Shown here: piece after piece, positions 49,201 to 60,233 of the stretch
Numbering within the stretch: the first letter of the stretch is position 1
How the letters are laid out: every line of letters begins with the position of its first letter
Origin: Candidatus Limnocylindrus sp.
GTDB lineage: Bacteria; Chloroflexota; Limnocylindria; Limnocylindrales; Limnocylindraceae
Reading direction: 5' to 3'
DNA: 64,000 nucleotides
NCBI GenBank assembly: GCA_040397175.1
Contig: JBBAWM010000001.1
Span: 217,976-281,975 of the forward strand
Made by a program: the position numbers and the translations under genes
Notes under the pieces: generated by a model
The model's database searches: none
What the model was told of the DNA's origin: nothing
Seen by the model: the letters and a program-made list of their open reading frames with translations, nothing else

Positions 49201-49404
49201 GCGGTCGCAACGATCTTGGCGCTCCTTCCGCTCGCGGCGGGACCGAGCGAGGGCTCGATCATCGCTGCCGAGCTCGGCACGGTGGTCATTGGGGGACTCC
49301 TCTCGTCGACTCTCCTCACCCTGCTCGTCGTACCAGTGGTCTACAGCCTGGTCGACGGACTCAAGGTGAGCCTTTCACGTGGCGAGCGCGCCAAGGCGGC
49401 CTGA
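46285..49404 (+). CDS. RND (AcrB/SwrC-like) efflux permease
   Basis: ELLPNIDFP, GRVVDDSIVVLEN, GIVVTNAIVL, RVRPILMT. Confidence 0.95.
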   Translation: MFFLTKLAVARRSVTILIALAVFGGGVASWGSLKQELLPNIDFPIVTIIAPYPGAGTADVADQVAAPIEAAVASVAGVESLRSVSTTGLGFVSAQFAYGSDVKEIVRQIETAIAGSRLPAGVTPVVRNFNINSSAVVIATLTPKGGTTLTELAGLAQSELMPSLRGITGVSAADLSGGSETQAYIQLDATKLAATGISMSQVQGLIQANNLTYPGGQLPVGSTLVPVSATGRLTSVADLENLIVGGGVTPTGQPYAVFLKDVATVSLAEVHTTGWSETNGTPGLTISVSKSADANTVTTAQDSIAAIEKFAEAHSAQVKHSVVTDASIFILDSIDSLLKEGGLGAAFAVIVIFVFLLNLRSTIVAAVSIPLSVLAAIILMSTTGITINIMTLGGLAVAVGRVVDDSIVVLENIYRHRSQGEPIGEAVLNGTREVASAITSSTITTIAVFLPLGVVGGLISQFFLPFALTVTYALLASLVVALTVIPVLAYFLVKVKGDKATIPYAVDTDREEVSIWGRIYLPILGLALRRRATKLVTLLIAFSLFLGAISLASAIPTQFLNSGSDKVLTITVNPPLGTSTERVLTRSHTAYEILAKDASVQLVTTSIPSADATGTQTLVAATTGRAPNAARMTVRLTADTSLAEAKTRLANELADIGTAGWTVTVEEVGFAAGSNAISVIITGDRAADVAAASDLLVAKLAANGDLANVKSDLVKAGRQIEVTVNPSKAAMAGLSAAQVAGEVRNLLVGSQLGQITIDGAKVNLSIKIDSSSVTDIAQLGAYMVGGTKKVPLSSIATIEELSVPSSITRIDQSLAANVTGEIAVADTGAVNTAVKSAVTDLQDAGKLSKVSVRLAGVTEQQNQSFSGLFTAMAVAILLVYLTMVLVFNSLVDPLVIMFSLPLAVVGAFPALLITNRPIGISALIGFLMLIGIVVTNAIVLLDRVEQLRHEGVPTNDALMRAGATRVRPILMTAVATILALLPLAAGPSEGSIIAAELGTVVIGGLLSSTLLTLLVVPVVYSLVDGLKVSLSRGERAKAA

Positions 49405-49478
49405 TCGGGGTGCTGGGCCAATCCTGATACGATCAGTCGGGATTACCCCGCACGGCGCAGTAGGGAAGAGGAGGCTCC

Positions 49479-50882
49479 ATGACAGTCGCTAAGGAGACGG
49501 TCCGCGACGAGCGGGAGCAGTACGCCTTCCACGACGACATCGCCTACCTGCGCGAGACGAAGGCCGGCCTGACCGAGGCCACGGTTCGCGAGATCTCCGA
49601 GACGAAGGACGAACCGGCCTGGATGCTGGAGTACCGCCTTCGCGCCTTCAAGCACTTTGAGGCGCGTGCAATGCCGATGTGGGGTGGTGACCTCACCAAG
49701 CTCGATTTTTCGAAGATCGTCTACTACCGCAAACCATCCGAGCGCGAAGAGAAGTCATGGGACGACGTCCCTGATCAGATCAAGAAGACCTTCGAGCGAC
49801 TCGGCATTCCAGAGGCGGAGCGCAAGTTCCTCTCGGGTGTTGGAGCGCAGTACGACTCCGAAGTCGTCTATCACTCCGTCCGCGAAGACCTGCAGAAGCT
49901 GGGCGTCGTCTTCATGGGCACCGACCAGGGAATGAAGGAGTACCCCGAGATCTTCAAGAAGTACTTCGGCACCGTTGTGCCAGCAGAAGACAACAAGTTT
50001 GCCGCCCTCAACTCGGCTGTCTGGTCGGGTGGTTCGTTCGTCTATGTGCCAAAGGGCGTCGAGGTGCCACTTCCGCTGCAGGCTTACTTCCGTATCAATG
50101 GGCAGAACACCGGACAGTTCGAGCGCACCCTGATCGTCGTCGATGAGGGCGCCAGCCTGCACTACATCGAAGGCTGCACGGCGCCAAACTGGGCAACCGA
50201 CTCATTGCACGTCGCCGTTGTTGAGGTGATTGCACTGCCCGGCGCCAAGGTGCGCTACACCACGATCCAGAACTGGTCGAACGACGTCTACAACCTGGTG
50301 ACGAAGCGCGCCCACGCGCACGCCGGTGCCACCGTTGAGTGGATCGACGCCAACACGGGTGCGCAGCTCACCATGAAGTACCCAGGCATCTACCTGCTCG
50401 GCGAGAAGGCACACGCCGAAATCGTTTCCGTTGCTGTGGCCTCAAAGGGGCAGCATCAGGACACGGGCGCGAAGGCGGTGCACCTTGCACCGAACACCAC
50501 CAGCCGCATCGTTGGCAAGTCCGTCTGCAAGGATGGCGGCGCCGCAACCTACCGTGGCACCGTTCGCGTGGCACCTGGCGCAACCGGAGTTACCACCAGC
50601 GTGCGCTGCGATGCGCTGATCCTCGATGAGGGGAGCCGCTCCGAAACCTACCCGTACATCGACATCCAAGAGGACGACACCTCGATGAGCCACGAGGCGA
50701 CCGTCGGCCGCGTCTCCGACGATCAAATCTTCTATCTGATGAGCCGCGGCATGACGGAGAATGAGGCAACGAACCTGATCGTGCAGGGCTTCCTTGAAGT
50801 CTTCACCAAGGAGCTGCCGATGGAGTACGCCCTTGAGTTCAATCGCTTGATTCGACTCGAGATGGAGGGGGCCCTCGGGTGA
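49479..50882 (+). CDS. sufB: Fe-S cluster assembly protein SufB
   Basis: GAQYDSE, NSAVWSGGSF, GQFERTL, YIEGCTAP, HEAT. Confidence 0.97.
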   Translation: MTVAKETVRDEREQYAFHDDIAYLRETKAGLTEATVREISETKDEPAWMLEYRLRAFKHFEARAMPMWGGDLTKLDFSKIVYYRKPSEREEKSWDDVPDQIKKTFERLGIPEAERKFLSGVGAQYDSEVVYHSVREDLQKLGVVFMGTDQGMKEYPEIFKKYFGTVVPAEDNKFAALNSAVWSGGSFVYVPKGVEVPLPLQAYFRINGQNTGQFERTLIVVDEGASLHYIEGCTAPNWATDSLHVAVVEVIALPGAKVRYTTIQNWSNDVYNLVTKRAHAHAGATVEWIDANTGAQLTMKYPGIYLLGEKAHAEIVSVAVASKGQHQDTGAKAVHLAPNTTSRIVGKSVCKDGGAATYRGTVRVAPGATGVTTSVRCDALILDEGSRSETYPYIDIQEDDTSMSHEATVGRVSDDQIFYLMSRGMTENEATNLIVQGFLEVFTKELPMEYALEFNRLIRLEMEGALG

Positions 50883-52180
50883 CCCGGCGCGCTCTCGCTG
50901 ACCTCCCCCTTGAATGGGCGACGACTGACACGATCACCACGCTCAGCCCCGGAGGCGCAGGCTTATCTGAGCGCACGAAGGCACTCGCCGCGTTTCACGC
51001 GCTGCCAACGGAGTCGAACCTACTCTTCACCGGATACGTTGACCTGCGTGCGGCTGAAGTAGAGCGCGCCGCGCCAGCCCAGCTCCCACAGGAGGTGCGG
51101 GCACTTGATGCCTCTGCGCTGCCGACCGGCGCGGCGGCAATCGTTGAAATCTCGAGTGCAGGTGCAGGCGCCTTTCTTGGAGCGGAGGCGGTTGCGGCTG
51201 GCCTGCGTATCACAGCCCTAAGCCCCGATGCGCCACTTGCCGGTGCCGCAGAGGATCGCACCGCTGCGCTGATCGCTGCTCTCTGGAACATCGGCGTTTC
51301 TATCTCGCTCGGTGCCGGTCGCATCAGCGCGCCGATTGTGATTCGTGTGAACGCCCCAGAGGCGGGCTCGTCACTCCTTGCGCGCATCGCCGTAGAGCTC
51401 GGTGAGGGAGCCCACGTTTCAATCGTGGAGGAGATCGGCGGGAGCGCCGCGGCGGCAGGCGTCGCGACCTCGCTGCTCGCGACGAGTAGTGAGGTCACTT
51501 TCGGTGCCCGCGCAACACTCTCGCTCTCATCCATCCAGGACCTTCCTGAGAATCGCGCCTATGTGACGGTACGTCGCCATACCTTTGGTGAGGGGGCGCA
51601 ACTAGAACTCGCCGTGGCCCAGGTTGGTGCGCGGCTCGTGCGCGGGCGCATCGATCACCTCCTTGAGGGTGATGGCTCTGGCGTGCGCCAGGTTGAGGTG
51701 GTGTTTGGGGCTGGCGATCAGATTCACGACCTTACGACCTATAGCCTCCACTCCGGGCAGAAGACGGTCGGCGACCTGCTGGCCAAGGGCGTGTTCGCGG
51801 GGAACGCGCGCGGCTATATCAAGGGGGTCACAACGATTCCGCGCAGCGGGCGTGGCACCAACTCCTATCTCGGTGAGTTCGGCATGCTCCTCTCGAAGAC
51901 GGCGCGGAGCGTGGCGATCCCCTCGCTCTGGATCGACCAACCCGACTGCGAGCGCGCGGCGCACGGCAGCTCGGTGGGCCCAATCGATCCGGCACAGATC
52001 TTCTATTTGCGTTCGCGCGGGCTGACCGACGCCGAAGCGCGCCGCACTATCGTGATGGGATTCTTGGAGCCAGTAGTTGCCGCACTCCCACTCGACGCGG
52101 AGGCGGAGCGTCTGCGCGAGGTGCTTGCGGCGAAGCTCGATAGCGCGCTGGCGAAGCAGCCTGCGACACTCGCCTCGTAG
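50879..52180 (+). CDS. sufD: Fe-S cluster assembly protein SufD
   Basis: Beta-helix repeats, AAHGSSVG, IFYLRSRG; follows sufB. Confidence 0.9.
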   Translation: MTRRALADLPLEWATTDTITTLSPGGAGLSERTKALAAFHALPTESNLLFTGYVDLRAAEVERAAPAQLPQEVRALDASALPTGAAAIVEISSAGAGAFLGAEAVAAGLRITALSPDAPLAGAAEDRTAALIAALWNIGVSISLGAGRISAPIVIRVNAPEAGSSLLARIAVELGEGAHVSIVEEIGGSAAAAGVATSLLATSSEVTFGARATLSLSSIQDLPENRAYVTVRRHTFGEGAQLELAVAQVGARLVRGRIDHLLEGDGSGVRQVEVVFGAGDQIHDLTTYSLHSGQKTVGDLLAKGVFAGNARGYIKGVTTIPRSGRGTNSYLGEFGMLLSKTARSVAIPSLWIDQPDCERAAHGSSVGPIDPAQIFYLRSRGLTDAEARRTIVMGFLEPVVAALPLDAEAERLREVLAAKLDSALAKQPATLAS

Positions 52181-52189
52181 CTGGCGCGA

Positions 52190-52513
52190 ATGCCCGTTGA
52201 GCGCCTCTTCCCCTCAGCGGAACTTCCCGACGGCACGATGCGCCTCGCGTGGCCAGGGGGCGCCGCCATCCTGGTGGTGAATCGCGGCGGCAAGCTGTTG
52301 GCCGTCGATGGCGTCTGCACCCACGAGTATTGCGAGCTGGATCGCGGTTTCCTCTCGCCCGCCACCGTTGACCGGCCTACCGTGACCTGCCCGCTCCACC
52401 TCTCGCGATTCGACTTGGAGAGCGGAGAGCCGCTCGATCCACCGGCCGAGATTCCCCTCGGAGTACATGTCGTGAGCGTCGACGATCAGGGGTGGGTAGT
52501 TCTTCAGACCTAG
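52190..52513 (+). CDS. Rieske-type ferredoxin
   Basis: CTHE...CPLHLSRFD. Confidence 0.92.
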   Translation: MPVERLFPSAELPDGTMRLAWPGGAAILVVNRGGKLLAVDGVCTHEYCELDRGFLSPATVDRPTVTCPLHLSRFDLESGEPLDPPAEIPLGVHVVSVDDQGWVVLQT

Positions 52514-52573
52514 GCCCACGCAGCGCGCTACGATGGGGTGGACGCGCACTGTATGCGCAAGAGGGGAGCCCCA

Positions 52574-53737
52574 ATGCAAGAGATCAAGGATCGCGCCGCT
52601 AGCCTCGCTGGCCTCGCGCTGGAGCGCGATGCAATCTTCTTGTATGACGCCCTCGCCAAGATCGAGAAGGATCCGGCACGTCGCAGTGCCTTTGAGCGCA
52701 TCGCCACGAGTGAGCGTCGCCATGCCGCCATCTGGGAGGCGAAACTCGTGAGCCTTGGCGAGCAGGTGCCAACCAGCAAGCGTCCAAGTTGGCGCGTACG
52801 CCAGATCACGATCCTGGCGCGACTCCTCGGCACACACGCGGTGAGCGACATGGTCAAGGCGCTCGAAGGCTTTGAAGAGGAGGTTTACGGCGCGCATAGC
52901 GACGTACCAGAGGTCACCGAGATTGCTGCCGATGAGGCGAAGCATGCTGACATCTGGCGCGAACTGGATTCTGGAAAGCCGGCCGGTACTGGAAAGGGTG
53001 ATGCCGCGCACCGCGGCGCACTAGAGGAGACCAAGGCACGCGAGCCGTGGCATCGAGCCGGGAACAGTGGCACGGTGCGCGCCACGATCTTTGGTGTCTC
53101 TGACGGCCTTGTCTCGAACGCCGCCTTGGTGATGGGCATCGCCGGTGCGACCACCGCCAGCGGTCAGGGCGGCTTCGTGGTGCTCGCAGGTGTCGCGGGT
53201 CTGCTTGCCGGCGCGTTCAGCATGGCTGCGGGCGAGTATGTTTCCATGCGTAGTCAAACAGAACTCCTTGAGCGCCAGATCGAACTGGAACGCGCCGAGC
53301 TCGAAGCGATGCCAGAAGAGGAGGAGGCGGAGATCGCCGCGATCTATCACGCACGTGGCTTCCCTGACGACGAGGCGAAGGCGATAGCAAAGCGGCTGAT
53401 GGCCGATCCGAAGATTGCGCTAGAGACGTTGGTTCGTGAAGAGCTTGGCCTTGACCCCGAAGAGCTTGGATCGCCCTGGGGCGCCGCGATCTTCTCGTTT
53501 ATTGCCTTTGCAATCGGCGCATTTGTGCCGCTCTTGCCGTTCATCGTTCTCAACGGCTCATCAGCACTCCTTGTAAGCATTGTCTTGACGGCGGCGGCCC
53601 TCTTCAGCGTTGGTGCCGCCGTGAGCCTGCTTACGGGTAAGTCGGCCATCTACACAGGGCTGCGCCAACTCGCGATCGGTGCCGGTGCTGCGGCCATTAC
53701 GTATGGTGTGGGTTCGCTAATCGGGGTCAACGTCTAG
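52574..53737 (+). CDS. Rubrerythrin/ferritin-like + VIT1/CCC1 fusion metal transporter
   Basis: N-term ERRHA and EAKHA; C-term FGVSDGLVSN, SMAAGEYVS. Confidence 0.9.
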   Translation: MQEIKDRAASLAGLALERDAIFLYDALAKIEKDPARRSAFERIATSERRHAAIWEAKLVSLGEQVPTSKRPSWRVRQITILARLLGTHAVSDMVKALEGFEEEVYGAHSDVPEVTEIAADEAKHADIWRELDSGKPAGTGKGDAAHRGALEETKAREPWHRAGNSGTVRATIFGVSDGLVSNAALVMGIAGATTASGQGGFVVLAGVAGLLAGAFSMAAGEYVSMRSQTELLERQIELERAELEAMPEEEEAEIAAIYHARGFPDDEAKAIAKRLMADPKIALETLVREELGLDPEELGSPWGAAIFSFIAFAIGAFVPLLPFIVLNGSSALLVSIVLTAAALFSVGAAVSLLTGKSAIYTGLRQLAIGAGAAAITYGVGSLIGVNV

Positions 53738-55535
<1,798 letters not shown>

Positions 55536-55553
55536 CGCCTACGGCGCCCTCGA

Positions 55554-57032
55554 CTAGAACCAGCGAGCGGTGATGACCTTCTTGGTGGTGTAGAACTCCA
55601 CGCCGTCGCGGCCGGTGGCGTGCAGGTCGCCAAAGAAACTCTTGCGGCGACCGCTGAACGGGAAGAACGCCATTGGAGCGGCAACGCCGACGTTCACACC
55701 GAGCATCCCCGAGGTCGCCGTGCGCTTGAACTCGCGTGCAGCAGATCCGGAGGCGGTGTAGATGCTGGCAGCGTTCCCGTACTCGTTGGTCTCGGCCATG
55801 AAGCGGAGCGCCTCATCAAGGTCCTTTGCATAGAGAATGGAGAGGACCGGCCCGAAGACCTCCTCGCGTGCGAGCGGCGACGTTGGGGTGATCTCAAGCA
55901 GTGTTGGGCCCACGAAGTAGCCAGTTGCAGGACCAGTGCCCCGCCCGTCACGTAGCATCGTGGCGCCAGCGGCAACACCCTCATCCACGAGCTTGTGAAT
56001 GCGATCGCGCGCCTCGCTGCGAATCACCGGGCCGAGCGAGATCCCAGCATCGAGGCCGAATCCCATCTTGATCGTGTCGGCATGCTCTAGGAGTCGCGGG
56101 AGCATGCGCTCGCGCGCTTCGCCGACCAGGGTCAGTACTGAGCCGGCCAGGCAGCGCTGCCCCGCGTTGCCGAATGCAGACTCTGCAATGTTCGGCACAC
56201 TCTGGTCGAGCACGGCGTCCGGCATGGCGATGATGTGATTCTTGGCGCCACCGAGTGCCTGCACGCGCTTCCCGCTCTTAGCCGCCGTCTCATAGACGAT
56301 GCGCGCGACACGCTCTGAACCGACGAAGCTGATCGCGTCGACACCTGGGTTCGTGATCAGTCCTGTGACCGTCTCTACCGCGCCGTGCACCAACCCCACC
56401 ACGCCTGCTGGAATGCCAGCCTCTTCGCAGATCTCGACAATGCGCTGCGCCGAGAGCGGGGTGCGCTCGGATGGCTTCAAGATGAAGGAGTTACCACAGG
56501 CGATCGCCAACGGCAGCATCCACATCGGCACCATGAACGGGAAGTTGAACGGAGTGATGCCGGCGACGACTCCGACGGGGAAGCGCACCATCTCGGAGTC
56601 AATGCCGCGTGAGACCTGATCGAGGTTCTGGCCCATGAGGAGTGTTGGGGCGCCACAGGCAAAGTCGACGACCTCAATGCCGCGGCGAACCTCGCCGGTG
56701 GCATCGCTCAGCACCTTCCCGTTCTCGGTCGTGACGAGCTTGGCCAACGCCTCACGATTATCGAGCATCGCCTCGCGCAGCTTGAAGAGGTAGCCGGCGC
56801 GCTCTGGTGGGGGCATCTCGCCCCACTCAAAGGCTGCCGCACGCGCGGCATCGACGGCTGCCTGCACATCGGCGGCATTGGAGAGGGGCACGTAGGCGAG
56901 GGGGGCCTCGGTTGCCGGGTTTGGCACCACCAGCCGCTCGCTCGAAGAGGAGGCGACCCAGTGCCCGTTGATGAAGTTCTTTAGGGTGGCCGGGGCGCTC
57001 TGTGCGGCCAAGCTTTCAATAGTTGTTCCCAT
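55554..57032 (-). CDS. mmsA: CoA-acylating (methyl)malonate-semialdehyde dehydrogenase
   Basis: ITPFNFP, KPSERTP, GGAKNH, AGQRCLA, SFFGDLH. Confidence 0.92.
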   Translation of the reverse strand: MGTTIESLAAQSAPATLKNFINGHWVASSSSERLVVPNPATEAPLAYVPLSNAADVQAAVDAARAAAFEWGEMPPPERAGYLFKLREAMLDNREALAKLVTTENGKVLSDATGEVRRGIEVVDFACGAPTLLMGQNLDQVSRGIDSEMVRFPVGVVAGITPFNFPFMVPMWMLPLAIACGNSFILKPSERTPLSAQRIVEICEEAGIPAGVVGLVHGAVETVTGLITNPGVDAISFVGSERVARIVYETAAKSGKRVQALGGAKNHIIAMPDAVLDQSVPNIAESAFGNAGQRCLAGSVLTLVGEARERMLPRLLEHADTIKMGFGLDAGISLGPVIRSEARDRIHKLVDEGVAAGATMLRDGRGTGPATGYFVGPTLLEITPTSPLAREEVFGPVLSILYAKDLDEALRFMAETNEYGNAASIYTASGSAAREFKRTATSGMLGVNVGVAAPMAFFPFSGRRKSFFGDLHATGRDGVEFYTTKKVITARWF

Positions 57033-57161
57033 GGCGAGATTCTCGCCGATCTGCGCCCCGAGCGCAGCCCACGGCGTGATTGTCTCGCGCCACGCACCAC
57101 CAGAAGGGGGGTATCCTGAGGGGTAAGAGGGCGCGCCTGCGCCTAACCGGCGGGAGGGACC

Positions 57162-58499
57162 ATGAGCGCAGCCAAGAGAACCCCAATGAGTGGGCCAGAG
57201 ATGGTGGCCCTCTCGAAGCGTCACACCATGACCGAATGGTCTGCGCAAGCTGCAGCGAACCCAATTCCGATTGCCCGCGCGAAGGGCTCCTGGTTCTGGA
57301 CCCCCGAAGAGGAGAAGTTCCTCGACTTCAATAGCCAGTTGATGTGTACCAACATCGGCCACGGCGATGAGCGTGTGCTGAAGGCCATCACAGATCAGGC
57401 GGCCCTCCTCGCCTACGCGAACCCATTTATGGCAACGGAGCCACGCGCCCGACTCGGCGCGAAGCTCGCCGAGATCTGCCCTGGTGATATCGACGCCTTC
57501 TTCTTCACCAACGGCGGCGCCGAAGCGGTCGAGAACGCCTTCCGCATCGCGCGCCTTTACACAGGTCGTCACAAGATCGCCGCACGCTATCGCTCGTATC
57601 ACGGCGGAACCTCTGGAGCGCTCAGCGCAACAGGCGACCCGCGTCGCTGGTTCGCGGAGCCCGGCATGCCTGGCATCTTCCGCATCCCAGACTTCCACGA
57701 CTACGGCGCACCAGAGCCACGCCCGGTGGCCGACGTCCTTGCGGAGACCGAGAAGATCATTCGCTTCGAAGGTCCACAGACCGTCGCCGCGATTATTGTC
57801 GAGCCGGTTGTGGGCACCAACGGCATCCTCATTCCGCCCGATGGCTATATGCAGGGCCTGCGTGACATCTGCGACCGCCACGGCATTCTGCTGATTGCCG
57901 ACGAGGTGATGGCTGGATTCGGCCGAACAGGGAAGTGGTTCGCCATTGACCACTCAGGCGTCGTGCCCGACATGATCACCATGGCGAAGGGTTTGACCAG
58001 CGCCTATGTGGCACTCGGTGCACTTGGCATGCGACGACCGATCGCCGATCACTTCGCCGAGAAGGTGTTCGGTGGTGGGTTGACCTACAACAGCCATCCG
58101 CTCGCCTGCGCGACTGCCCTCGCCACCATCGAGGTCTACGAGGAGGACGACCTGATCACCCGCGCCGCAACGATGGGGAAGACGCTCCGTGCGCATCACG
58201 AGCGGATGAAGGCGAAGCACCCCTGTGTCGGTCCAATTCGAAACATTGGCTTGTTCGGAATCATTGAACTCGTGCGCGATCCGAAGACGCAAGAGCCGAT
58301 CACGGCGTTCAATACGAGCGCACCAGAGATGGCGGCGCTCGGAGCGTTCTTCCGGAAGAACGGCCTCTATACAATCGTGCGATGGAATGGATTCTTCACG
58401 AATCCACCGCTCATCATCACGAACGAAGAGCTCGACTTTGCGTTTGATGTGATCGACCGCGGCCTGACAGAGGTTGACAAGGCCCTCGGGCTGGCATGA
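57162..58499 (+). CDS. Class-III omega-amino acid (beta-alanine/taurine-like) aminotransferase
   Basis: LDFNSQL, SYHGGT, ADEVMAGFGRTG, AKG, GGLTY; divergent from mmsA. Confidence 0.9.
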   Translation: MSAAKRTPMSGPEMVALSKRHTMTEWSAQAAANPIPIARAKGSWFWTPEEEKFLDFNSQLMCTNIGHGDERVLKAITDQAALLAYANPFMATEPRARLGAKLAEICPGDIDAFFFTNGGAEAVENAFRIARLYTGRHKIAARYRSYHGGTSGALSATGDPRRWFAEPGMPGIFRIPDFHDYGAPEPRPVADVLAETEKIIRFEGPQTVAAIIVEPVVGTNGILIPPDGYMQGLRDICDRHGILLIADEVMAGFGRTGKWFAIDHSGVVPDMITMAKGLTSAYVALGALGMRRPIADHFAEKVFGGGLTYNSHPLACATALATIEVYEEDDLITRAATMGKTLRAHHERMKAKHPCVGPIRNIGLFGIIELVRDPKTQEPITAFNTSAPEMAALGAFFRKNGLYTIVRWNGFFTNPPLIITNEELDFAFDVIDRGLTEVDKALGLA

Positions 58500-59518
58500 G
58501 CGACGCTCGCGTCGGCGAGGGAGTGCCACCACCAGTGATTACGGTGGTGCAGCGAGGCCAGATCACCGAGTCGGCACACCGCGGCGATGTGGTCGTGGTG
58601 GGCATCGGAGGTCACTTGGCTGCAAGCGTCGGAGAGCCAGATCGACTGATCTCTTTGCGGAGCTCCGTGAAGCCCTTTACCGCAGTGGCGGTGCTCGCCG
58701 CAGCAGACGAGGCCGGTCTCACGCTCGACGACGAGATGATCGCACTCGCCTCGGCGAGCCATGCGGGAGCGGACGAGCACACGGCGGTGGCGCAGCGCAT
58801 GGTTGACATCTTCGGGCTGAACCCAGCACACCTCGTACATGGCCGTCCGCAGAGCTCGCGTGGTGGCAGCGGTGAGCTGCTCGCGCACATGTGCTCTGGG
58901 CAGCACCTCTCACTCTTGCTGCTGGCGAAGGCACGTGGATTCGATCCGATTGGGTATGACGCCTTTGATCACCCCGTGCAGCGCGAGCTGCGCACCGTGG
59001 TTGGTGAGCTGCTGAGCGTCGACCTACAGGCGGCTCCATGGGGGATTGATGGCTGTGCGATCCCCACCTCGGCGATCCCACTTCGCGCGGCGGCTGAGGG
59101 GGCGCGGCGCTGGGCCACCCCGCACGACCCACTCGTATCGGAGCGCTACCGCGCGCTGCTTGAGCGCGTTCGGTTCGCCGCCGTCAGCCACCCGCGCCTC
59201 ATCTCTGGGGCAGGCTCTCTCGATACCGATCTCATTCGTGGCGGCGAGGGTCTCGTTGTGGCGAAGCAAGGCGCTGAGGGGCTCTGCCTCGTTGGCCTGC
59301 CGGGCTATGGCATCGCGGTGCGCACCGAGGATGGTGATGCTGCGGCACGCGCTGGGCGCGTCGCGACCGTAGCCGTACTTGCGGCGATCGGTGCCAGCGT
59401 CGCCGCAGCCACATCGCTCGAGGCGCATCGCATCGTGAACCTTGCCGATCCGCGGGGCGGCGCAGCACTCGCCACGGTATCTCCAGCAGCATCGCTTTCG
59501 CTGCTTAAGGTTTCGTAG
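58496..59518 (+). CDS. Asparaginase II (Rhizobium AnsA-type) family protein
   Basis: RSSVKP, ASHAG, CSGQH, DGC, KQGAEG. Confidence 0.85.
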   Translation: MSDARVGEGVPPPVITVVQRGQITESAHRGDVVVVGIGGHLAASVGEPDRLISLRSSVKPFTAVAVLAAADEAGLTLDDEMIALASASHAGADEHTAVAQRMVDIFGLNPAHLVHGRPQSSRGGSGELLAHMCSGQHLSLLLLAKARGFDPIGYDAFDHPVQRELRTVVGELLSVDLQAAPWGIDGCAIPTSAIPLRAAAEGARRWATPHDPLVSERYRALLERVRFAAVSHPRLISGAGSLDTDLIRGGEGLVVAKQGAEGLCLVGLPGYGIAVRTEDGDAAARAGRVATVAVLAAIGASVAAATSLEAHRIVNLADPRGGAALATVSPAASLSLLKVS

Positions 59519-59521
59519 GCC

Positions 59522-60223
59522 ATGTCAGCAGCGAAAATGCGCGTAGAAGAGGCGTGGCGAGTACTTGGTCTCCCTGCTCGGCCATCTGCACTTGCCATCA
59601 AGATCTCCTTCCGCCGATTAGCAAAGTCAACGCATCCTGATGCAATTGGGGGTGGTGAGGCGACGACTTTGCAGTTCGCGCGGATCACAGAGGCGCATGA
59701 GGTTGCACTCGCAGACGCGATTGCCGCGGGACGACTCGTTGGGCCCGGTCGTGATCAGCCAGCAAATCGCCCAACACCGGCGCCTCGCCGTGCAGCGCAG
59801 CCGCCGCGACCTAAGTCTGGCGCACAACCGACAGCGAGTGCACGTCCCGGCTCCACGACATATGACGGAGCGACGGAGGAGGAACCGGTCTGGGATGGAG
59901 CCGCCTGGGTTGGCGCGGACTCGGGCACGTACTGGACCGTCAATCCGCGCGAGTATGCCGACCCTCGCAAGCATGGCCCCGAGTATCGAGCCCGAGGAAA
60001 ACGACCTGTTCGGCGAACGCCGCGCGAACGCACGCAAGCGGAACTTGTTGCGCGACCTCAGAGAGCAGGTACACGTGGCGTGGAACGAACTACCTCACTC
60101 GCCGTTGGCGCAGCCTCGCTCGTTCTCATTGCGGTGCTGGTGAGCGGCTCACTTCGCCTGCTCGCGGCTGCGGCCCTCTTTGCACTCCTCGCGTTTGCGG
60201 CCGTGAGCCGGCGTCGTAGGTAG
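59522..60223 (+). CDS. J-domain protein with C-terminal membrane anchor
   Basis: AWRVLGL...FRRLAKSTHPD...ITEAHE; two C-terminal hydrophobic segments. Confidence 0.8.
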   Translation: MSAAKMRVEEAWRVLGLPARPSALAIKISFRRLAKSTHPDAIGGGEATTLQFARITEAHEVALADAIAAGRLVGPGRDQPANRPTPAPRRAAQPPRPKSGAQPTASARPGSTTYDGATEEEPVWDGAAWVGADSGTYWTVNPREYADPRKHGPEYRARGKRPVRRTPRERTQAELVARPQRAGTRGVERTTSLAVGAASLVLIAVLVSGSLRLLAAAALFALLAFAAVSRRRR

Positions 60224-60233
60224 GATCAGGGCT

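Noticed and set aside
46285-49404. RND permease without MFP/OMF partners as an anomaly
   Set aside because: Stand-alone SwrC-like RND proteins are common in monoderm bacteria.
57033-57953. 799-aa version of mmsA suggesting a fusion
   Set aside because: The extension is antisense to the aminotransferase at 57162; the ALDH fold begins at ATG 57032.
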